Origin: Eledone cirrhosa
Lineage: Eukaryota
DNA length: 64,000 bases
Direction of reading: 5' to 3'
Assembly: GCA_964016885.1 (NCBI GenBank)
Contig: OZ024743.1
Location: forward strand, 34,100,001-34,164,000
Of the stretch, positions 27,541 to 41,966 are shown piece after piece. Below the pieces are notes generated by a model that worked only from the letters and a program-made list of their open reading frames with translations, was not told the DNA's origin and made no database searches. The stretch's first letter is position 1. Each line of letters starts with the position of its first letter. Made by a program: the position numbers and the translations under genes.

Positions 27541-27556
27541 AATTGCTCATAATAAT

Positions 27557-27742
27557 AATTATTTCTACTTTTGGCACAAGGCCAGCAATTATACCAGTAC
27601 ATTACTGGTACTTTATTTTATCGACCACGTAAGGATGGAAAGCAAAGTTAACCTCGGCGGGATTTGAACACAGAACGCAAAGGGCCATAACTCTATGCTG
27701 TTAAGTATGGTGTCTGACGCTCTACCGATACTGCCAATCACC
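27557..27742 (-). mobile_element. tRNA-derived SINE
   Basis: Main-family copy. Confidence 0.85.
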
Positions 27743-28109
27743 AATGGTGGTAGTTTAACCACCTTAGTGGCGCTAGGTGGCGTGTACGTGATGATAATGG
27801 TGTGTTTATAGTGGAATGTTCATGATGATGGTGGTAAGAGTTTTGATGGCGTGGTCACATTGGTAGCGTGCTCATGTTGAGGATGTGTTCATGTTAGTGG
27901 TAGTATGGTCATGTTAGTGGAAACGGGTTAATGTTGCTGGTGTACTACGCTGGTGTCCTATCCATCAGGATGATGGTATGTACAGAGTGGAGGTAGCGTG
28001 TTCGTGCTTTGCTGGTGATGTATTCGTTATGGCAGTGGTACGCTCATGAATTTAGTCGTAATTTAATCATGTTCGTTGTAACATGTTTGTGATTGTAGCG
28101 TTTTCATGA

Positions 28110-28296
28110 TAATTGTTTCTACTTTTGGCACAAGGCCAGCAATTAACCAGTGCATTACTGGTACTTTATTTTATCGACCCCGTAAGGATAAAAGGCAAAG
28201 TTAACCTCGGCGGGATTTGAACTCAGAATGGCAAGGGCCGTAACTCTATGTGTAAAAGCATGGCGTCCGATCCTCTACCGATACTGCCAATCCACC
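28110..28296 (-). mobile_element. tRNA-derived SINE
   Basis: Main-family copy; a 5'-truncated plus copy lies at about 28450-28560. Confidence 0.85.
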
Positions 28297-29020
28297 TTCA
28301 TGATAATGGAGATGTAATCACGTTGGTGGTGTTGTGTTCATGATGGTGGTCACTTGTTGTTTAAACCCTCCCTCCTACATCAACCTTGATCGAGCAAACC
28401 TATGATATAGGAATTACAGCCATTTATTTTGGAAATACTACATTATCTAAAATCCCGCCGAGGTTAACTTTGCCTTTCATCCTTACGGGGTCGATAAATA
28501 AAGTACCAATAATACACTGAGATAATTGCTGGCCTTGTGCCAAAAGTAGAGACAATTATCTAATGTGTCCTTCGTTTAAAATGATAGGCTCTGATGTGAG
28601 GGACATATCGTTGTTATTTCTAGCTAGTCGAACATTTACGTGGACTGGGGCTGGTTGTGATGGTGATGCTGGTATTGGTGGTGGATGTGTTGTTAGTGGT
28701 AATAGTTGTGGCGGTGGTTGTCTTGATGGCGAAATGTTAATATGTTTCTAGTAAGAGTGGCGTGTTGATGATATATTTGGCACGTTGTTATTGTTGATGT
28801 GCTTCTTAGTTGTGTGTTGATATTAGTGATGTGTCAATCCTGACTGAGCAGAGCTATGATCAAACACATTCCAAAGCCATGGTCATCCTAACGAGTATCT
28901 AAGACTAAATTGACTAATTGTCGAACCTACACACACACACGCACACACACGTGCACACATGCACGCACAGAAACATATATATATATATCAAATATGTTTT
29001 GAAACATATATATATATGTA

Positions 29021-29100
<80 letters not shown>

Positions 29101-29144
29101 AATAACAGGAGGCTGGACTGGTGTAATTCTTTAAAAGGTTTATT

Positions 29145-29202
29145 ATACTATGATCATTTCAATGACCGGGTTCAGTATGAATCTGGTGACATCATCAGGT
29201 AT
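29145..29202 (-). ncRNA. Type-I hammerhead ribozyme (family K)
   Basis: AUAC-CUGAUGA-UGUC-ACCAG..CCGGU-CAUU-GAAAU-GAUC-AUA-GUAU. Confidence 0.7.
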
Positions 29203-29327
29203 TCGAAATATAATAAAGGAATATAATAGACAAAATCCATGAGGCTGAAAATCAGTGAGGGCGACCGAACATTTAGCAGCTTCTACCCCATGGATTTTGT
29301 CTATTATATTCCTTTGTTATATTTCGA

Positions 29328-29385
29328 ATATCTGATGATGTCACCGGATTCATACTGAACCCTGTCATTGAAATGATCATAGTAT
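29328..29385 (+). ncRNA. Type-I hammerhead ribozyme (family K, opposite arm)
   Basis: AUAU-CUGAUGA-UGUC-ACCGG..CCUGU-CAUU-GAAAU-GAUC-AUA-GUAU then AAUAAA. Confidence 0.65.
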
Positions 29386-29605
29386 AATAAACCTTTTAAG
29401 GAATTACACCAATCCAGGCTCCTGTTATTTTATAATAATTAACTCCGTACTCACACCACCAACTACACTAACGAAGACGGGTGAGTTGCATTACGTTGAG
29501 TGCTCTCCCTAATATTACATCAAGGTTGACCATACGGAATGACAAGTTCTATCCAGTGGTGAACCAACAAACCTAAATAAATAAATATATATATATGTAG
29601 GTATG

Positions 29606-29702
<97 letters not shown>

Positions 29703-29717
29703 GTATATATGTAGGTA

Positions 29718-29749
<32 letters not shown>

Positions 29750-30738
29750 GGTGTGTGTGTGTGTGTGTATCAGTTTTGTCCCAAAAGTAAGGGCACTGAT
29801 AGAAGTAGCAGTTGAATCTCCCTGAAATCCCACACCTTACCATTCTAAAAATGGTTGGACACATTCGACTACGTAGTCCCTGATATATGAATAAAGCAGG
29901 ATGGCCATCGTTGGACTGTCTTGTTATGTTACATCTGTTTAATCAAGGCCATCCTAGGGTTAAAGAACAGTGAGAGTAGGAGAATAGGTCAACCTAGTAA
30001 GAATAGTTACCAAAACATTTTCAAAACACACCATGCCGTCGCAACCCTTTAGCATTTACATTACACTATATTTACTATTGTATTTTCGCGGTAAAGGCTT
30101 TACCTACAAAATTATCTCACATAATATTGAATCTATGAAATTTTGATATTATTTATTCTGATATAATACCTTAACATCAGTATGAGTAACCCGTTACAGC
30201 TGGTTTGAACAGAAAGAGGTGAGAGAATTCTGGCCGGATACGGCTGGTTTAAATGCTAAAGAGTTAAAAAGGTAAGACTATATAAGAGAATGCTGGAAGG
30301 CTTTCATCATATGTCTGCTGAAGCTAGAAATAAGCAACCGGAATGCCCTAAAACCACACGCCCTATTTAAAAAAAAAAGGTTAGAAGCAAGTAGTCCCTC
30401 GCACAGAATGGTCACGACAGGTACACCATTTATTTATTACATTGTAATAATTCATTACTCCATTAATATAAAGTATTAGACTGGTGACGTGTAATATAAT
30501 ACAATTTGTTACATGGAGAGTAGAGATGATACTGTACAAGTTCTCCTCACTTGAAATTATGTCACGTGAAATAGATGGTTCTGGATGTAACTGGAACGAG
30601 CTTCTATGAAGCCCAGGCTGATCTTTGAAATACCTTCACTTTCGCAGTTTCCTCGCTTGTAATGGCACGCCGAAGATGCAACATAGGCAGATGTAATCAT
30701 TATATATATATATATACATACAATTGACTTATGTTTCG

Positions 30739-30785
<47 letters not shown>

Positions 30786-32639
30786 CAGCTTAAAGTTTAA
30801 GCAAAAATCGCTGCTTTCACCCTTAACGGGATCTTTGATGAGCCCTCTTTGGATTTTAGTCTTCACGTTTATTATTATTATTACTATATATATATATATA
30901 TATATATATTCATAAATACACAGCCATGTACATGGCTACACTCACATATACATTAACGACATATATATTCTAGGACGTCAATCCAAGATGTAATTGAGTC
31001 GTAAGAGTATGACAAGCAGTTGGTTGCCCCTGACTTTATTTACTTTTAAGAAAAGCAACAAAGGGATAGTATCAAAGCGAGGCCAAACAGAGCAGCGAGT
31101 GTGAACGTGATCAGATGTAAAGATTCATCATGTCTTTCTCACAATGATTCATTTGTCAAGTCAATCTAGGGTGGTGCCAAATTTGTTAACAGTTTTGCTC
31201 TTACTCAGCAAACAAACTGATAACTTTTTATTACTGTAATGTTTTTTTTTATGTAGCCGCTGCTATTGTTGCTGATAAATTTATATTTCGTTCTAGTGCT
31301 TTATCTTGTTTTATTAATATTACTTGCTCTAGAAGACAACTCTGCATGATGTGCTAAGAAATAAAATAGTTGAAGACTTAAGATAACCTTGTAAGTTGTA
31401 ATAATAATTGTTTCTACTTTAGGCACAAGGCCAGCATTTGAAGGGGAGGGAAAGTCGATTAAATAGACTCCAGTGCATTACTGGTGCTTTATTTATTGAT
31501 CCCATAAGGATGAAAGGCAAAGCTAACTACGGCGGGATTTGAACTCAGAACGTAAAGGGCCGTAACTCTATGCTGCAAAAAACACAGGTCTCATATTAAG
31601 GAAACATTAAAGACAGTACAGGATGATACAGAGTGGGTTTTGTGTAAAATAAAATTTATAACAGAGACTAAGAAAAGTAAACATTAAAAAAAACCTGCAA
31701 AGCATGTTGTCCGACCCTCTACTGATACTGTAAATCCTCCGCCATAATAATAATGGTTTCTTATATAGGCACAAGGCCAGTAATTTTGGGGGAGGGGAAG
31801 TCGATTAAATCGACCCCAGTACATTACTGGTGCTTTATTTTATCGACCCCGTCAGGATGAAAGGCACTCTAATCTCGGCAGGATTTGAACTCAGAAAGTA
31901 AACGGTCATAACTCTATGCTGCAAAAAACACAGGTCTCATATTAAGGAAACATTAAAGACAGTACAGGATGATACAGAGTGGGTTTTGTGTAAAATAAAA
32001 TTTATAACAGAGACTAAGAAAAGTAAACATTAAAAAAACCCAACAAACATAACAAATTCCAAAATGGTGAGGAGACTCCAAGGGTCACTCGTGGAGAAAT
32101 CCCACAAAAAGCCATGGTCCCCCTATCCGCTAGGTCTAAGTGCTCTGTCCCAGTTATACTCCTCCAATCTACAGGTGTATAATCGCCACTCTCATTCACC
32201 TTTCAACAAACTGGTTAGAAGGCAGCACTTCCCTCTCCACCCTGATTTTCCTCTTCAAGTGAAACCATAAAAGCTAACCAGATAAAAACTGCCTGTCCTT
32301 CTCCTCTAAAGGAAGATGGCGGGGCGATATTTACAATGGACTTAGTTGATAGTCGCATCCGTCCTACTCTTGACTGAAGGTGCTCGACATAAACCCACAG
32401 GTCAGCAATACTCGGACACTCGATGAGTTCCTGCATGACAGGAACTCCCTTGCCTGTAGAGTTTATCTCGAACTGGCAAAGCTCCCCGGTAGCACTGCCA
32501 GACCAGGGATTTCTGGGAAGTCTTCTGGTAAAGAGTGGCTAGTTGATTTTCCTCGACCCCTAGAATCTCCCCAAGAACATCATCGTTTTGTTTCTGCCAT
32601 TAACGCACTATAGAACGCTAAGGTGATCGTACTGCCCGA

Positions 32640-32900
32640 TTGGCTGAGGGTTGTGAGTGCTTGAAGACAAGGAAGAAGACCACGAGCAAGATGGTTGGAT
32701 AACATCCATGAGCTTGGCTGCTCTCGCTTGGGGGCCCAACCGGAACAGTTGGAGACGGTTGCTACTCACAGGACCCACTGTTAGGAGTATTTGAGGAATC
32801 TGTCTCTTCGACCCTCTCAGGAATAAGTGGGCGAAGAAGAAGAAGAAGAAGAAGAAGAAGAAGAAGAAGAAGAAGAAGAAGAAGAAGAAGAAGAAGAAGG
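32640..32900 (+). mobile_element. RTE-clade LINE 3' end with (GAA)n tail
   Basis: GRRPRARWLDNIHELGCSRLG..PEQLETVA..R matches the RTE C-terminus RGRPRxRWxD; followed by (GAA)n. Confidence 0.7.
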
Positions 32901-33864
32901 AGATTGGTGTCTAATTTAAGCACAAGGTCAGCTATGTTGGGAGATAGGGAAAGTCGATTAAATCGACCCCAGTACTTGACCGGTACTTTATTTTATTGAC
33001 CATACAAGGATGCCCAACGTGGGATTGGAACTCTCTCTCTCTCTCGATGATGATGATTTATTTATTTATCACAATAGCAAAACATGAATGATATGGTAGA
33101 ACCGTAGGGGCGCCGTGTTGACATACAGCGTTTCTTGGGCATTTTATGCCTGGCGGAGCCCATCCCTCTCCAGGCCTGAGTACAGCAGATTTCTTCCAGA
33201 TAAAAATAGAAAGTCAGAGAGGAAATGAGAAAGAGATATAGAGGAAGAATCGATCCCAGTACTAGACTGGTACTATTTTTATCGACCTCGAAAGGATGAA
33301 AGGCAAAGTTGACTTCGGTGGGATTTGAAATCAGAGAAGAGAGAGCAGGAACGAATACTATGAATCATTCTATCCGACGTTCTAACGACTCTGCCAATTG
33401 GCCGCCTTACTATCATAGACACAAGGCTATATCATGATACATATTGTAGTTGTTTTTGTCACAAGAAAACCGAAAGCGGAACATTAGAAAGACGAAAAAC
33501 AAAAGCATGATTAATAATGATCTGACATGTAGTATATATAAACATATCAGATTTCAAACATTAAAAAAAAAAAACAAGCTACAACCGTCACTCGCAATTG
33601 AGTAGGATATCATTATATGGTTTTGTTAAAGGTTCTAGATATCTATGCAATCGCGGGCAGGCACAGAAACCTCGTACATCTCCCTCATATGGTCTAGCGA
33701 ATCATCTAGGATGTCTGCACTAGCATCAAGTTGGTATTTTCTTTATCGCCCTTGAAAGAATGAAAGACAAAGTGGACTTCGTGGGATTTGAACTCAGAAC
33801 AGCTCTAAAATATCAAGTCTTATTTTTTTCTTCTTACAAATATTATCCTTACCAATTTGTAAAT

Positions 33865-34190
33865 GATAATATCCACAAATATCATTTACAAATTGGAAAA
33901 TTTTGCTGCGAGTATGTAGGCGAGACCTATATACTCGAATTGAACCACCAGGGATCTGCTCTAACTGTAAAACCAGTGAAGCCACTGTCCAGGGTGAAGA
34001 CCACAGAGAGACACATTGACCTTAAAGTGCCAGTTTTATACACATCTGTATCATTAAAGATATAACTTCCCGCGGTCAATAGATATTCGCTAATAACCTT
34101 TATCGCACAGTGGAGTTGAGAGAATGTGTCGTATGTTATTATGAACTGCCACATGATTCGGAATGGTTGAGAGTGGACTGTGTAATGGAA
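33865..34190 (+). pseudogene. Decayed Penelope-like GIY-YIG endonuclease fragment
   Basis: YHLQIGKFCCEYVGET..LNHQGS..KPVK..H..DLKVPVL resembles the PLE endonuclease IY..C..C...YVGET...R.N.H. Confidence 0.45.
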
Positions 34191-34253
34191 AATGAGGGTT
34201 TAGTAATTTTCTTTGCATAGTGATTTTGTAGTGTTGTTGTGAAGCATTATATA

Positions 34254-34443
34254 CGGTGGATTGGCAGTATCGGTAGAGGGTCTGACGCCATGCTTTGCAG
34301 CAAAGAGTTACGGCCCTTTATGGTCTGAGTTCAAATCCCGCCGAGGTTAACTTTGCCTTTCATCCTTACAGGGTCGATAAAATAAAGTACCAGTAATACA
34401 CTGGGATGATTGCTGGCCTTGTGCCAAAAGTAGAAACAATTAT
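34254..34443 (+). mobile_element. tRNA-derived SINE
   Basis: Main-family copy. Confidence 0.88.
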
Positions 34444-34842
34444 ATATGCTGCCTGTAAAAGGGACCAATATCCAAAATAACAACACTAGACTAACTAATA
34501 TTTTTATCTTGATGATTCGCATTGAACAAGCGACAATGAAAATTATGCCGTGATTCCTGCTTTAACATAGTAACCCTATAACAGACCTATGACGTAAGAT
34601 GTTCCAGTTGTGATCACTTCTGATCATGTCAGACATAGTTTAAAGAGAGTTCTGTGTCAATTCTAGCAGGCTGAGTTATTACGTAGAGCCATGCTCATGG
34701 ACTTGTTAACAATATGCTCAATAATAATGTGAAGAGGCAGGGAGAGAGAGCGAGAGAGAGGGAGAGAGAGAGGGAGAGAGAGAGGGGAGAGGGGAGAGAT
34801 AGAGATAGAAAGAGGTGGTGAGATATATATATATATATATAT

Positions 34843-36146
34843 AGAATTCACAAGAATCAAAGCTATGTTCAAAGCATTTATTCACTTACAATTGTTTCAT
34901 CCAAACCTAGGCTTGGTGTATCCGGAGCATTTTTCAATGTTTGTACATATAATTGACCTCCTATCCAACGCAAGAGACATACAGATACATATATATATAT
35001 ATTGATGTACAGTGGAGTGACATATATTATACTATACTATATTTGTACAGCAAGTCATGTAAACAGCCATACGCTGCTCCATAACTTACCAGGAGTTATG
35101 TAGACAACATTCTAATAGGTCTTCTGATATGTTTTGAGAGTAGACTGTATTTACAGTGAACTTTGATATAAAGATATGGCACTTTGTATGGAAAATTCAA
35201 TTATAGCACTATATAATAAAGAGTAATCAAATTCCTATAGATACCTTTAATACATTATGATAGAGTAGACTGTATTTAAAATTGAAAATTAGATATAAAT
35301 ATATAACCTTTTATATAAGGGACTCAATTGAGGCACCATATAATGTATGTTAGAACAATGAATTTAGTTATGAGAATCAGCTAGTTACCTTCCCTTACGC
35401 ATTAACTCCCCTTAGTTACACACCTACTTCCGCGTAAATTCTCGCAGCAGAAAGAACCTATTCTATAAATATGGATTAAATAACACTGAACCTCAATACG
35501 CTACAATAATTTAATGCATCAAACATTCAATACGGAATCATCGTAACTTATGTGATGGATGTAAAAACTATATCTTCCTTTTTCTGAATGTGAAAATGGT
35601 GGTGGATGCGAAAACTATAACTTTCTTTTTCTTTTCTTTCTTTTCTTTTTCTTTCTCCTTTTCTGCACACATACTTTTTTTTATCTATACAAAAAATACC
35701 CTACCACTACAACCACCATAATACTCTTGCTTACCCGCTTAAAGTGCTTGCATTACATGTAACACCTTGCCACACAATAATCGTATATAAATGAGACACA
35801 CTTGCATGCTCCATGCGTAAACTAACGCATACACTACCTACTAGATCTGACTATCAAACTATCCTCTTGCATTATCTGTGTTATCTGCCGAATATATTTT
35901 AATTTTAATTTTAATTTTGATTTTGATTTTGAATTTGAATTGCTGTACAAATATAGTATAGTATAATATATGTCACTCCACTGTACATCAATGTATATAT
36001 GTATCTGTATGTCTCTTGCGTTGGATAGGAGATCAATTATATGTACAAACATTGAAAAATGCTCCGAATACTTCAAGCCTAGGTTTGGATGAAACAATTG
36101 TAAGTGAATAAATGCTTTGAACATAGTTTTGATTCTTGTGAATTCT
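34843..36146. mobile_element. 1.3-kb element with ~207-bp terminal inverted repeats
   Basis: 34843-35053 is the reverse complement of 35940-36146; TA at both outer ends; each arm has a non-canonical hammerhead-like fold. Confidence 0.75.
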
Positions 36147-36222
36147 ATATAACTGCTCTGAAGAACAACTGATGTTATTACATTGAGCTATTTATCTTAC
36201 TGGTAATAAGGTAGTAATAAAT

Positions 36223-36271
<49 letters not shown>

Positions 36272-36561
36272 GGAAAGAGAGAGGAACAAGAGAGAGAGAA
36301 ATGGTGATAGAGAGATATAGAAAAATAATGAATGAGAGGGAGAGTGGAAAGAGAAGGAGGTCAATAACATTTCAAACACAATTCCAGTTTTAGAAATCAC
36401 ATTTAGAAAACAAACATTTTCGAATTCAAAGAATTGCTGCGACTTTAATTAAGTTAAGGGCGCTGATTTTAAGTAGTTTATTAAATTATTGGTGACGTCA
36501 TCGCGTTCAGAAATAGGTGACTACAGTGTGTGTATATGTCTGCATATGTCTATGTGTATAC

Positions 36562-36612
<51 letters not shown>

Positions 36613-39022
36613 TTATATATATTCTCCCTGTAAATTTTAATTATTTTTATATCTTATTTTGAATATTATAATGGGCTACTGCTACTGCTGCTGCTGCTTA
36701 TGATGATGATGATGAGGAGGAGGAGGAAGGGGATGGTTGTCATCGGAACGAGTAAGACTCGTCGTGGGTGTGCAATATTTATTTATTTATTTATTTACAT
36801 CCAGACGTTCAGCGAAAGGTGTTCTGTCAAATATCGCAATCGAATCTAGAGGATATTAATAGTAAAATGATCTTCCACGAAACATTCCCATCTCTATGGA
36901 TTTTGTAATGTTTCTTAAGGTCACCGGATGATTTGCATATTTTGTAGCAGACATGATATATAAAGTCTGTGTTTAATTCATATATATATATTTATAATTA
37001 GTACAGATTAAAGTTTGAGCAAAGAATTTCTGCTTTTATCCTATTATTGGATCTTCGGCAACTATTTATCGACCTGAAAATGATGAAAGGTATAGTTGAC
37101 CTTGGCATGATTTAATCTCAGAACTAAACGCGAGGTATTTTTAATCTGCCTCTCTAACGAATCTGACAATTCGCCGCCTTATCTACATATTTACTATAGG
37201 GATATATACGAAGATGATATCAATGAAAATCGCATCTTCAAAATAGTGTTTTCACACTAGTATAGATTATATATATATATTGCATCATGCCTGCAATACT
37301 GTGTGGTCTAAGATCTTTGTTAGAAGAGGTCTGGTACGGAAGATTCTGCTGTTCTGGTTTAATTTTTGATTTAAGTTTTTTTTTAACTGGGAAATTGTAT
37401 TTTGTATGATATTTTTCAGCTTCTATAAGTGAGTTGTATTTTGTTGTTAGATAGCATTGCATAATGAGAAATTATATATTGTATCATGTCTGAAAAACTG
37501 TGTGGAGGGACTAAGATCGTTGTTGAAAGGTCTTTGGTATGAATTGCTTTTCTATTGATAGGATTAAGTATTTACTTCACTACAGAGTATATAATTTATT
37601 TGGTAGCCAAATAATGGAAGAAACCAGATATTGAGAGGAATTGTGGCCTGATAAAGTTCGTCTACTTTTGCTGTGATTTTAATTGCAATTTTAATTATAT
37701 TTAACTGAATAATTGTATTTTGTGTTGTGTGTTTTGGATAGTTTGGGCTCGTTGAATTTTGTTGTTGGGAAGTGTTGTATAAGGAAAAAAATTGTATAAA
37801 TATAGAAAGAGAGAGAAATCTCAAAGAATTAAACATATATATATTATGCAATTTGTGTTAGGACGCACACATTTAAAATTCCACTTTTTTAATGCTTTTT
37901 AAGTCAACCGATTTGTTTATACTTCTAGCTACATGCTTAGAATCTTCGAAAAATACAGAATTGGCGGCCAGCGGTTCCTTGGCACAGTGGTTAACATACT
38001 TATCCGGCAAACAAGGCATGTGGTATTCAATTCATCGCATGCACCTCTATTTACTTGTTTCCGTCTTTAAGGGTGCTTTACACGGTTTTCTCAGCTAGCT
38101 ATATACTTCTAAAACTCTGTGATTGTGTGCTTGTTTGTAATTTAATACAACTAAAACGGTGCATAATGGGAAAATACTTTGAACGGAAGTTGCCCCTGAA
38201 ATGGAATGCGACCGGAATAATTTCGCGTAAATCGGAGCACTGGTTCGCGAGATACGGAGTTTTTCTGGGTACCTTCATAAATAGAAAGAGAAAGATAGAG
38301 AGAAAGAGATAGTGGTTGTGAGAGAGTAGATTGGAAATGTTATTTTACATTATATACATGTCTGTATATATTTTAATTATTTAAAAATTATTCTTAAGTG
38401 AACATGACCGAACGGGTGGCAGGTGGTTTAGTTGTTTATAAGGCGACTATTATTCCACTGTTTTCTTTCGGATGTCCACATTTTATATATTCTCATTGCT
38501 TCTTTATTCAACCATTTTGTTTAAACTTCTAGCTATAGGCTTAACATTTTCCAAGAAGACGGAAATTGTAAGAAACAGCGCATTAGTGTGGTGGTTAAGA
38601 CACTCGCCCGGTAATCAAGAGATACAGCGTTCAATTCCTCACAGACGTTTCTTTACACATTTTTTCTGTCTCAATTTAAAAAAAAAAAAATTATTTATAG
38701 TCATCGACCATTGCTATAATCATTTGCGATGAGGCGCACATATATCAAATTTTATATATATACATATATTATACCTATATATTCATTGTACACACAAAGC
38801 GTGAAACCAATAATATTTGTAACATTTACTCCTGCAGTTGTCTGTTTTTTTTTGTTTTTTGTTTTCTGTTTATTCCGAACTATATATATATATATCAAAA
38901 TAAGTAACATATTAAAGTTTAAGCAAAGAATCGGTGATTTCACCCGATTCTTTGCTATTTCTCTATATATTATGCTTATCGAGCCCTCTTCGGATTTTAG
39001 TCTTCACATTTATTATTATTAC

Positions 39023-39084
<62 letters not shown>

Positions 39085-39315
39085 GTATATGTATATATAT
39101 ATCCTCTACTTACACCAAGCGTGAACCTAATATAACTGTAAAAATTGCTTCTTGCGTTTTGTTTGTTTCATTTATTATATATATATATATATATTTACTC
39201 TTTTACTCTTTTACCTCTTCCAGCCATCCAGCTGAGGATATGCTGGGGCACCGCCCTTGGCACACACATATATATATATATATACGTATACACACATATT
39301 TATATATATATCTAC

Positions 39316-39349
<34 letters not shown>

Positions 39350-40169
39350 TGCGCGCACAAACACCCATTTATTTATAGTTTTTTGTTTTCAGCAGCAGGT
39401 GTGTCTGAAGCATTTTGAGGGTTGATTTTATGACGGAGGTTGTTCAACTTTAAAAAACCTGCATAGAAACAACAACAAAAACAACAATAACAAGATCAAC
39501 AACAGTAACGACATAAACAATGACATTCCATCTGTTCTGTTAATACAACAGCAAGGAAAACAAAAACACCTACAACAACAACGAAACAAACAATAACAAA
39601 ACGAACGACAACATCTACAACAACAACAACAACGAAACAAACAGTAACAAAAATAACAACAACGACAGCATCTTATAAGAAAGCAACCATCCCCACTACA
39701 ATAACAAAAAATACAACAAAAACAACAAAGGAAACCATATCAACAACAACAACAAAACAAAAGCAAATAAGTACAACAACAATAAGGACGAGAAAAACAA
39801 CAACACAACCGACAACAACAACATGAGAAACAGCAACAACAACTAAAACAAGAAAGAAGAAGTCGACCAACAGTGGAAATGTTCATCGATACCCCTACAA
39901 GCTCACTCTACCTGCTAGAAATAGCACCACATTGCCCTCTAATTTCACTTAAATAAATATATTGTTACTTTGGACACCTTAGTCATTGATTTACAATGTC
40001 CACTAATACGGGGTGGCGATGGCCGGAATGCCTTTGGTCAGTGGTCTGCTCATTCAGCGCTGACCTGCTGGAGCTAAATAACAACAACAACGACATCCCA
40101 ACCGATTTTTTGTAGCTACTGTAATTACTAGAAATAGACACTAAATCTCACTCAATAGGTGCTTTATCA

Positions 40170-40387
40170 CAGGCATGTCAAACTGAGGGTCTCCCGAGGG
40201 CCACATGGGTCACATAAGTGTTGTCTGAGGGCCACATGGGTGACATATGTGTTGTCTGAGGGCCACACATGACAACTAATGGCACACATTAAAACTAATT
40301 TTACGAAGATAAAACATGCTCGAGCTGTACAAACCTTTGTGCTGACCGCAGGTGTGCTTGTAAAGGGCCCTATGTTTGAAATGCCTG
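40170..40387. mobile_element. hAT (Charlie-like) MITE with 8-bp TSD
   Basis: TIRs CAGGCATGTCAAAC / GTTTGAAATGCCTG; TSD CTTTATCA / CTCTATCA; internal 31-bp repeats. Confidence 0.85.
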
Positions 40388-41935
40388 CTCTATCATGAAC
40401 CCTTTTTCTATCAATCCCCGCAAAATCACCTCTGGTTCTATGAAACAAAATCGTTCATTTTAAAGGATCCTTATTTAAATTAAAACTTTCCAATATAATT
40501 TTATATATGAAGCACTCGTTTCAGTTATGTTACAGATGCCATCTTACGAAGGAAATAATAGTTTTAGTAAATCACTTCCAATTTATTATTACCTAATTGA
40601 AATACAGCGTATTTCATTATAAATATGGCTGGGAAATTGCTAAAAAACAAAAGCAGAAGATACATAGGAATATATAGGGATAGATACACATGAATATATG
40701 ATAATCATGCATATGAAATACTTTTTATTATAGGTTTACTGGATCAATGCTAAATGATAACTGCAAATTTTTACCGTGAACACCCACAGAATGATGGACG
40801 TATTGAACAATGTTGTTATAGATATAGAATAAAGAATGGTCCTTTGGTCATATATTTGCACGATTATGACTGACCTGGGGTTAAATGAAATTCAATTCAT
40901 TAGATTATTGAACGAATATACTCATGTAAATGTCGAGTTAGACAATTTTTTAGATAACATTTATAGAGTTGGCTACTACATGGATATTACCGAGTAAATA
41001 CGCAGAAGTCTATATGGACTCTAAACGAATAAAATTAAACGCATTGATCACAGTTCTGATATTTCTACTCATCAGAACACAATTTAGACCGAGTAAGCTC
41101 ATTTACTACATCAAGACATATTGTCATAGTAAAATATTTTTCTTTTTCGTAGCATTTTTGATTTACAAATGTTCTACATAAAGAATTAGGTTCGATTTTT
41201 ACATAAGATACATGGAAATATCTAAATTTTGATGTAAAAATAAGGGGAGAAGAAGCACTTTTTCAAGTGATCAACTTTTATGCGAGTATATACAGTAATT
41301 TAAATGGTTAAAGAGTCATAAAAAATGTTTTGCTTTATTTATACCAATTACATGTGTTCTGAGTTCAAATCTCGCCGAGTTCAACTTTGTTTTTTCTCGG
41401 TGAATTAAGTACCAATTTAAAACGATGGATTAGCGAAATGGTTACCGCGTCGGAGCGAAACAAAAACAAGATGAAAAGGATAATATTCAAACTGGACAAA
41501 CAATCAACTGCCATCATTGAAATAGTGTTTTAAAAAATGTAATGGGCTCGTAACTCCCGATGGAGTCATAGTACTGACAACACGATGAAGTTTTGGGCAT
41601 TTTGTACTTCATCGAGCCCAATCTTCTCCAGGCAGAACAGTGTCGATTTCTTACAGAGAAAGACAGAAAGACAAAGGGAGAATCCACTCAAGTATTAGAC
41701 TGACGCTTTATTTACCGACCTCGAAAGAATGAAAGGCAAATTTGAACTCAGAACACAGTGAGGGGAGAAAATACAGAGACATTTTGAAACCGATGTCCTT
41801 ACACCTAAAACAAAATAGGAGTTGAATAAAGAAGAAAAATAGATGTGGATGAAGAAGAAAAAGAACGAGAAAGAGGAAGAAAGAAAAGAAGGATTATTAG
41901 GAGGGTATGATGAAGACGATGACGACGATGACGAC

Positions 41936-41966
<31 letters not shown>

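Noticed and set aside
31560-32040. ~135-bp direct duplication (31560-31695 / 31910-32040)
   Set aside because: Local duplication between adjacent SINE copies with no independent element features
32064-32613. Short ORFs upstream of the RTE tail
   Set aside because: Likely decayed retrotransposon coding sequence, but no diagnostic motif could be read
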